A stretch of DNA of 64,000 bases from positions 128,001-192,000 of the forward strand of contig OZ242318.1 in assembly GCA_965208105.1 (NCBI GenBank), given 5' to 3'. The DNA is from Candidatus Latescibacterota bacterium (lineage in GTDB: Bacteria; Latescibacterota; UBA2968; UBA8231). This document shows positions 57,303 to 64,000 of the stretch, piece after piece; position 1 is the stretch's first letter; every line of letters begins with the position of its first letter. Under the pieces are notes generated by a model, which was not told the origin of the DNA, searched no databases, and saw nothing but the letters and a program-made list of their open reading frames with translations. The position numbers and the translations under genes were made by a program.

Positions 57303-58790
57303 ATGGCGCGACCGAACCTGCTGTTCATCTACACCGACCAGCAGCGGCCCGACTCCCTGGCCGCTTACGGAAACGACCTCATCGAGATGCCCAACCTCAA
57401 CAGGCTGGCCGAAGAGAGCGTCGTGTTCGAGCGGACCTACGTTTCCCAGCCGGTGTGCCAGCCCTCGCGCTCGACCCTCCTCACCGGCCTCATTCCTCAC
57501 ACTGCCGGGGTGGACACGGGCCACATATTCTCTCCCCTCAAGCGGGAGACTCCCTGCCTGCCGGAGCTGGTCGAGGGCGGCGACTACGTCTGCGCCCACT
57601 ACGGCAAATGGCACCTGGGAGACGACGTCTTCCCCCAGCACGGGTTCGACGACTGGATCAGCATCGAGGACGCCCAGCACCGCCCGGTCTACACCGAGGG
57701 CAGGGATTCCTTCCGGCACTGCACCTACCACGATTTTCTGGTGGAGCAGGGTTTTGAGCCGGACCAGGTTGAGGCGGATGGGTTCGAGGCATTCAGCCTG
57801 GGCTACTGCGCCCGTCTGCCCGAGGAGTACGGCAAACCGGCGTTCCTCGCCCGCCATGCGTCCCGCTTCATTCGCGAAAACAGGGAGCACCCCTTCATCC
57901 TCTACGTGAGTATCTTCGAGCCCCACCAGCCCTACTTCGGGCCCCGCGACGGCCAGTACGATCCGCAAGAGGTCACCTTGCCCGCCAACTTCGCCAACGT
58001 GCCCACCGAGGAGCAGGCCCTCAAGGCCCGGGTCCTGTACCACATATACGAGGAGAGCGGGTTCGGCGTTCCGCTCAGGACGGAGGCAGACTGGCGCGGA
58101 CTGATTGCAAGATACTGGGGTCTGTGCAGCCTGGTGGACACTCACGTGGGGACGATTCTGGACACCCTGGAGGAGTGCGGCCTGAAAGACGAGACCATCG
58201 TCGTCTTCACTTCAGACCACGGCGACATGATGGGCAGCCATCGCCTCAGGGGGAAGGGCCTCATGTTCGAGGAATCGGTGCGCGTGCCGCTCCTGATCCG
58301 CCAGCCGGGGCAGCGGGCATGCCAACGGGTCGGGGGGCCCGTTGGTCAGGTGGACCTCATGCCGACCCTGCTGGACTTGATGGATCAGCCCGTCCCCGGC
58401 CACCTGCAGGGCAAGAGCCTGGGGCCCCTGATCCGGGGGAGCGGGACACGGGCCTCAGACCGGGACGTGTTCATCGAGTGGGAAGGGCCGCTGCCCATGG
58501 ACCATCTGCCCGAGGTGATGAAGGGCGTGGTTTCGGAGGAGGAGGCCGCGGCCAGCTTCACCGATCCGGTGCGCTGCATAGTCAGCCCCGACGGGTGGAA
58601 ATTCACCTGCAGCCGCCTGGGCGAGCACGAACTCTACAATCTCGACCAGGACCCCATCGAAGCCCGCAACCTGGCGCGGGACCCCCGATACCGCTCCGTC
58701 ATGCGAGACCTGGGAAGGAGAATCAGGCGCTGGCAGGTGGAAACGGGGGACACCCTGGACCTGGGGCCGGCGATCGAGTCGCTCCATTGA
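57303..58790 (+). CDS. Sulfatase (formylglycine-dependent)
   Basis: RPNLLFIYTDQQR, CQPSR, GKWHLG, EPH, FTSDHGD, ELYNL..DP.E. Confidence 0.95.
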   Translation: MARPNLLFIYTDQQRPDSLAAYGNDLIEMPNLNRLAEESVVFERTYVSQPVCQPSRSTLLTGLIPHTAGVDTGHIFSPLKRETPCLPELVEGGDYVCAHYGKWHLGDDVFPQHGFDDWISIEDAQHRPVYTEGRDSFRHCTYHDFLVEQGFEPDQVEADGFEAFSLGYCARLPEEYGKPAFLARHASRFIRENREHPFILYVSIFEPHQPYFGPRDGQYDPQEVTLPANFANVPTEEQALKARVLYHIYEESGFGVPLRTEADWRGLIARYWGLCSLVDTHVGTILDTLEECGLKDETIVVFTSDHGDMMGSHRLRGKGLMFEESVRVPLLIRQPGQRACQRVGGPVGQVDLMPTLLDLMDQPVPGHLQGKSLGPLIRGSGTRASDRDVFIEWEGPLPMDHLPEVMKGVVSEEEAAASFTDPVRCIVSPDGWKFTCSRLGEHELYNLDQDPIEARNLARDPRYRSVMRDLGRRIRRWQVETGDTLDLGPAIESLH

Positions 58791-58886
58791 AACCCAGGAA
58801 TATCGCAGGCATCCGCGCCGGCAGTCCCCAGCCGCCCGCCCGTCCTTTCCGCGCTTTCAATGCCGGGAGGGGATTGGCTCTTCAGG

Positions 58887-59918
58887 TCAGGCGCGGTCCG
58901 GGTCTCCCTGAGGCCAGCGCTGAAACGAGGAAGGAGGAGAGGCGGAGAGCCGCTCCCGGGCTTCTCGCCAGAGCGCCGCCCAGGCTCCGGCGTCGGGAAG
59001 GACCCTCTCCGGTGCGGCGCGGCTGCGGGCTACGAAGCCGGGAAACCAGGGCCTGCCGGTGGGCTCGCCCACAGGCTGGTAGCGCAGGTCCACGCTCCAG
59101 CGCACGTCCCGGCTGAGATTGGGCAGGGAGGCGTGCATGGTCAGCTTGGTCAGGAAGAGCACGTCTCCAGGTTCCATCTCCAGGGCAACCCGCCGGTCTC
59201 CCACCAGGTCCTCGGGTATGGCCTGCCGGCTGTAGTTCGCCCTGGGATCGTGGCAGTGGGTCGCCAGGCCCTTCTTGTGGCTCCCCGGAGCGACCAGCAG
59301 GCAGCCGTTTTCCCGGGTAGAGCTGGTGATGGGTATCCACACGGTAAGCATTCGGCTCCCGTCAGCTTCGGGCATCACCGTGGCCAGGTCCTGGTGCCAG
59401 ACGGCGCGGGCGATCTCGCCGACGACGGTGGTGTCCCCGGCCAGGAACTCCTCGGGCGGTTTGATGCGCACGTGCTGGGTCGGATTGGCATAGATTTCCG
59501 GGCCCACGATCTGCTCCACCGCGTCCAGCAATCGCGGGTTTGTGAGCAGCCCGAAGGTGGCGGGACCGCAGTGGACCTGGCTGTTGGCGTCGATGCCCCT
59601 CTGTGGCAGGCAGATGTCCATGTGGTTCATCAGCGCTCCCCCCATTTCCTCGACCAGGGCGCAGAAGCGCCGGCCGAAGGGCAGGTCCGCATAGGTGGAG
59701 GAGACCACTCCTTCGACGTGCAGCCGCCGGGCCACCGCGTCCAGCAGGGAGTGATACTCGGAGCGCAAAGGTCCCAGGTCCCTTTCGGGATCGAGAAGGC
59801 CCGGCAGGACCAGGTAGCCGTCCTCGGCGAGGCGGTCCCGGGCGCCGGCGTCCAAAGGCCGGGCAGGGTGGGGCGCATTTTGCTGGAGGCTTTTCAGGGT
59901 TGTTTTGCTTTTCGTCAT
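58887..59918 (-). CDS. Phytanoyl-CoA dioxygenase family (Fe(II)/2-oxoglutarate) protein
   Basis: DGYLV, WHQD, VWIP, NGCL...PGSH, PGDVLF, HASLPN.S...RWS.D.RY. Confidence 0.92.
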   Translation of the reverse strand: MTKSKTTLKSLQQNAPHPARPLDAGARDRLAEDGYLVLPGLLDPERDLGPLRSEYHSLLDAVARRLHVEGVVSSTYADLPFGRRFCALVEEMGGALMNHMDICLPQRGIDANSQVHCGPATFGLLTNPRLLDAVEQIVGPEIYANPTQHVRIKPPEEFLAGDTTVVGEIARAVWHQDLATVMPEADGSRMLTVWIPITSSTRENGCLLVAPGSHKKGLATHCHDPRANYSRQAIPEDLVGDRRVALEMEPGDVLFLTKLTMHASLPNLSRDVRWSVDLRYQPVGEPTGRPWFPGFVARSRAAPERVLPDAGAWAALWREARERLSASPPSSFQRWPQGDPDRA

Positions 59919-60080
59919 GAGGGTCGAAGGATGAGCGGAGTATTTTAGTCGTCGGCGTCGAGCCCGTTGCCGGATGCGCGGCAGCCGGGGAGGCTGAGGT
60001 CTGGGGCGATGGCTGTACCCGCGTTTCTCTCCCCAGGCTGAACGGCTTCCCGCCTTTTATCTGAATTACGGAGAGAATGG

Positions 60081-60109
60081 ATTATAGAGAGAATCTCCAG
60101 CGGAGACAA
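60081..60109 (-). promoter_or_regulatory. Putative sigma70 promoter upstream of the dioxygenase
   Basis: Minus strand TTGTCT-17 nt-TATAAT. Confidence 0.55.
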
Positions 60110-60300
60110 GACGGCCGCGGGTTGCTCGGCACGTTGGTCCCGGGGCCGGCGTGTTCCATCCCATGGCCACTTGTGGATGCGCGGGGGCCTTCTTGCAGAG
60201 AAATCCGGGTTTCCTTAGTTTGTCCGGCCTGCCGGTTGCGAAGACCGGGAGATTTCCGGGGACGACTTGGGGTCCTGGACGCGCAGAGAAAGGCGGAAGC

Positions 60301-61644
60301 ATGGGAAAGGCAAATGAAGAACTGAAGGATAGAATCTGCAGCATCGTCGACAGCAACAAGGACCGCATCATCGGGCTGGGGGAGGCCATCATGGACGATC
60401 CCGAGCTGGGTTTCAAGGAGGTGCGCACGGCGGACCGGGTGAAGGAGACCCTGGGAGACATCGGGATGACCTTCAGCGATGGCCTTGCCCTGACGGGGGT
60501 GAAGGCGGTGCTGGAAGGGAAGAAGTCCGGGCCCACCGTGGCCCTCATGGGCGAACTGGATGCGCTGGTGGTGCCCGATCATCCGCGCGCCAACCCGCAG
60601 ACCGGCGCCGCCCATGCCTGCGGCCACAACGCCCAGATCGCCGGCCTCATGGGGGCAGCTCTCGCCCTGTCCGAGGCCGGGGCGGCCGAGCACATGTCAG
60701 GCAGGGTGGCCTTCTTCGCGGTGCCGGCCGAGGAATACGTGGAAATCAAGTACCGCCTCGGCCTCGTGAGGGAAGGAAAAACCGGATTCATTGCCGGCAA
60801 GCCCGAGCTGGTGCGTCTCGGTCACTTCGACGACGTGGACATGGCGGTGATGATTCACAGCAACAGTATGGACCGGTCCGAGGGGTGCATGGGGGTAGGG
60901 GAGTCGAACAACGGGTTTCTGGCCAAGAGCATCCGCTTCGTGGGCAGGGCCTCCCACGCCGGCACCTATCCCGAAAAGGGGGTAAACGCCCTCAATGCCG
61001 CCACTCTCGCCCTGAGCGCCATCCACGCCCAGCGCGAGACCTTCCGGGACCGGGACTGCGTGCGGGTGCATCCGATCATTACCAAGGGAGGTGACCTGGT
61101 GAACATCGTTCCTTCCCAGGTTTCCCTGGAGACCTACGTCCGCGCCAGGACCCGGGAAGCCATGATTGATGCCTCGCGCAAGGTGGACCGGGCCCTGCGG
61201 GGGGCCGCCATGGCCATGGGATGCAAAGTCGAGATCGAGACCGCGCCGGGCGCCATGCCGCTGCACAACGACAAGGATCTGACAGAGGTATTTCGCGACA
61301 ACGCCGCCCGCCTCTTCGGGGCGGAGGAATACAGGGACTATCCCCACAGCGGTGGTTCCACAGACGCTGGGGATTTGAGCCAGATCATGCCGGTGCTGCA
61401 TCCGTTCATGACGGGTGCCCGGGGAACGAACCACGCTCCCGACTGGCACATCGGCGATCTCGAGGCGGGCTACCTGGCGCCGGCCAAGACCCTGGCCATG
61501 ATGGCCGTCGACCTGTTGAGCGACGACGCCGCCCTTGCCCGCAGGATAAAGGGAGATAGCAAGCCGCCCATGAGCCGGGAGGATTACCTGCGGCAACAGA
61601 ATGAATCATTTCGCCAGGAAGTCTTCGACGGAGCGGAAGAATAG
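60301..61644 (+). CDS. M20 family amidohydrolase
   Basis: PELGFKE, GELDAL, HACGHNAQ, PAEE, GRASHAG, GSTD.GD.S. Confidence 0.92.
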   Translation: MGKANEELKDRICSIVDSNKDRIIGLGEAIMDDPELGFKEVRTADRVKETLGDIGMTFSDGLALTGVKAVLEGKKSGPTVALMGELDALVVPDHPRANPQTGAAHACGHNAQIAGLMGAALALSEAGAAEHMSGRVAFFAVPAEEYVEIKYRLGLVREGKTGFIAGKPELVRLGHFDDVDMAVMIHSNSMDRSEGCMGVGESNNGFLAKSIRFVGRASHAGTYPEKGVNALNAATLALSAIHAQRETFRDRDCVRVHPIITKGGDLVNIVPSQVSLETYVRARTREAMIDASRKVDRALRGAAMAMGCKVEIETAPGAMPLHNDKDLTEVFRDNAARLFGAEEYRDYPHSGGSTDAGDLSQIMPVLHPFMTGARGTNHAPDWHIGDLEAGYLAPAKTLAMMAVDLLSDDAALARRIKGDSKPPMSREDYLRQQNESFRQEVFDGAEE

Positions 61645-61656
61645 GAGGGACCGGAA

Positions 61657-62421
61657 GTGAGACTAGGCCTGGTGACCTACAACCTCGCCAGGGATTGGGA
61701 CCTGGAGACCATCATCGGGAACTGCGAGGAAACGGGATTTGAGGGAGTGGAGCTGCGCACTACCCACGCCCACGGGGTGGAGGTGGATCTCAGCGCGGAG
61801 CAGCGCGCCGCGGTCCGCCGGCGCTTCGAGGAATCGGCCGTCGAACTGGCCGGTCTGGGCAGCGCCTTCGAGTACCACGCACTGGACCAGGGGGAATTGC
61901 GCCGCAACATCGAGGGGACCAAGGAATACGCCGAGCTTGCCCGGGACGTGGGGGCGCCCGGGGTGAAGGTCCGCCCCAACGGGGTTCACGACGAAGCCGG
62001 GGTGCCGCGGGAGAAGACCTTTGAACAGATCGGCCTCGCCCTGCGCGAGTGCGGGGAATCCGCCGCCGGTTGCGGGGTGGAGATACGCCTGGAAGTGCAT
62101 GGCCCGATCACCTGCCATCCTCCCTACATCCGCAGGATCCTGGACCATGCTGGCCACGACAACGTCCTGGCCTGCTGGAATTCCAACATGGACGACCTCG
62201 ACGGCGGCGGCATAGACGCGAATTTCGCCCTGCTGCGGGATCGCATGGGCCTGGTGCACATCAACGAGTTGTGGAGCGGATATCCCTGGAAACGGCTCTT
62301 CCAGTTGCTCGAGGAGAGTTCCTACCAGGGCTATTGCCTGGCGGAGATTCCCCCCAGTGAGGATCCCCTGTGCCTCATGCGCTACTACCGTGCCCTGTGG
62401 AGTGAGCTGGCGGGAGGGTAG
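61657..62421 (+). CDS. Sugar phosphate isomerase/epimerase family protein
   Basis: GFEGVELR, IRLEVHG, VHINEL, Y.G....E; GGAGG RBS and GTG start. Confidence 0.82.
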   Translation: MRLGLVTYNLARDWDLETIIGNCEETGFEGVELRTTHAHGVEVDLSAEQRAAVRRRFEESAVELAGLGSAFEYHALDQGELRRNIEGTKEYAELARDVGAPGVKVRPNGVHDEAGVPREKTFEQIGLALRECGESAAGCGVEIRLEVHGPITCHPPYIRRILDHAGHDNVLACWNSNMDDLDGGGIDANFALLRDRMGLVHINELWSGYPWKRLFQLLEESSYQGYCLAEIPPSEDPLCLMRYYRALWSELAGG

Positions 62422-62527
62422 GAGACGGTTCAGGGGACAGGGCGGGATAGGCCGACCTGCAAGCGCCGCCCGGCTGCCGCGAGGGCAGCCGGGCGCATCT
62501 TTTTCAGCTGCACCCGGCCCTGCAGTT

Positions 62528-63937
62528 TCAGTGCATTACCACCATTTTCAGCTCGGTCATTTCCTCGACCGCGTATCTCGGCCCCTCCTTGCCCATGCCG
62601 CTCTCCTTCAGTCCGCCGTAGGGCATGAAGTCGGCGCGCCACATGGTTCCCCAGTTTATGTGAATGTTTCCGGAGTGGACCTTCCGGGCGAATTGCAGCG
62701 CCCAGTCGATGTTCTCGGTGAAGACCGCCGCGCTGAGGCCGTAGTTGGTATTGTTGGCCTCCTTGATGGCCTCGTCGATGGAGTCGAAGCGGGTAAGTCC
62801 CACCGCCGGACCGAAGACCTCGTTGCAGGAAATGCGCATCTGCGGGTCCACGTCGGCGACGATGGTGGGTGCGTGCATGGTACCATCGCGGCCGCCGCCG
62901 GTCACCAGGGATGCACCTCCGGCCACGGCTTCGTGGACCCACTCGTTGACCCGCACGGCGTCGGCTTCGCGGATCATGGGACCCATCTTGACCGTCTCTC
63001 CGAGCGGATCGCCGGTGGTGAGAGCTTCCACCTTGGGTTTGAGCACGTCGATGAAATCCCCGTAGACCTGCTGGTTGACCATGACCCGCTGGGCCGAGAT
63101 GCAGACCTGGCCGGCGTTGGCAAAGCCCGTGGCGGCGGTGGCATCGGCCACCTTCTCGAGGTCGGCGTCGGGCATGACGATGAGAGGAGCGTTCGATCCC
63201 AGTTCCATCGTCACCTTCTTGAGGCCGGCGGTCTTGCAGATGTGCTCGCCGACGTCTCGGCTCCCGGTAAAGCTGATTTTGCGCACCCTCGGGTCGCTGG
63301 AAATGGCGTCGCCAATGACCCCGCCGGAGCCGGTGACGCACTGGATGGCTTCGGAAGGAACCCCGGCATCGAGCATGATTTCGGTGAGCTTCAAGGCGGA
63401 AAGAGGGGTGTCCGTCGCGGGCTTGACGATCACCGAGTTGCCGGCCGCCAGAGCCGGTCCCACCTTGTGGCAGACCAGGTTGAGGGGGAAGTTGAAGGGA
63501 GTGATGGCGGCCACAACCCCGCAGGGCACGCGCAGGGTAAAGCCGAACTTTCCGGCTCCGTTGGAGGAGGCGTCGAGGGGAAGGGTCTCGCCGGTGAGAC
63601 GCTTGGACTCCTCTGCCGCCAGGGTCATGGTCTCCACCGCCCGGCTCGCCTCGCCCAGGCCCTCGGTTATGACCTTGCCCTCTTCCAGGGTGACGGTGCG
63701 GCCCAGGTCTTCCAGCCGCTCCTCCATGATCTCGGCCGCCCTGTGCAGTATCTGGTAGCGCTCGTAGGCTGGCATTGCAGCCATGATCTCGGCTCCGCGC
63801 GCTGCCGTGTCGATGGCCTCTTTCACGTCCTCCCCGTCGCCTCTCGGCACCGTGTCGACCACCGATCCGTCAAAAGGGTTGCGCACCTCGATCTTGTCGT
63901 CCTTATCGACCCACTGGTCGCCGATGTGCATTCTCAT
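62528..63937 (-). CDS. NAD(P)-dependent aldehyde dehydrogenase
   Basis: ITPFNFP, KPA, FTGS, MELGSN, GQVCIS, EVFGP, PYGG.KESG.GKEG. Confidence 0.96.
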   Translation of the reverse strand: MRMHIGDQWVDKDDKIEVRNPFDGSVVDTVPRGDGEDVKEAIDTAARGAEIMAAMPAYERYQILHRAAEIMEERLEDLGRTVTLEEGKVITEGLGEASRAVETMTLAAEESKRLTGETLPLDASSNGAGKFGFTLRVPCGVVAAITPFNFPLNLVCHKVGPALAAGNSVIVKPATDTPLSALKLTEIMLDAGVPSEAIQCVTGSGGVIGDAISSDPRVRKISFTGSRDVGEHICKTAGLKKVTMELGSNAPLIVMPDADLEKVADATAATGFANAGQVCISAQRVMVNQQVYGDFIDVLKPKVEALTTGDPLGETVKMGPMIREADAVRVNEWVHEAVAGGASLVTGGGRDGTMHAPTIVADVDPQMRISCNEVFGPAVGLTRFDSIDEAIKEANNTNYGLSAAVFTENIDWALQFARKVHSGNIHINWGTMWRADFMPYGGLKESGMGKEGPRYAVEEMTELKMVVMH

Positions 63938-64000
63938 GATGCTCTTCCTTTGCTGTAGATAGTTGGTGGTTTGGGGTCCATTTCCTGCTACATAAAGTCA

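Overview
A GC-rich bacterial window with about 48 genes and no rRNA, tRNA or CRISPR array that I can see. The FlgD/T9SS-like C-terminal domain, DUF6029-like barrel, sulfatases and glycosidases suggest an FCB-group heterotroph, possibly Latescibacterota (inference). Gene content: enolase, a Wzi/GT2/radical-SAM surface-polysaccharide operon, Ppx/GppA with a USP-PTS-EIIA fusion, many catabolic enzymes (GH95, sialidase-like, two sulfatases, LigM-like demethylase, family-5 ABC importer) and a YhaO/YhaN nuclease-ATPase pair. The notable signals lie outside the ORF track. (1) Five 167-168 bp CTAG-flanked fold-back elements share a structured core while their terminal inverted repeats co-vary or are replaced; four supply the TAG stop of a neighbouring gene. 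(2) An IS110/IS1111-type element (53886-55435) is inserted at the CT of one element's terminal CTAG, and its non-coding right end carries bridge-RNA-like loops matching that target and its own donor junction. (3) A probable exported UxxC selenoprotein, split in two by the ORF caller, lies next to TlpA and a DUF6029-like outer-membrane protein. All product calls come from reading motifs by eye; no database searches were run.
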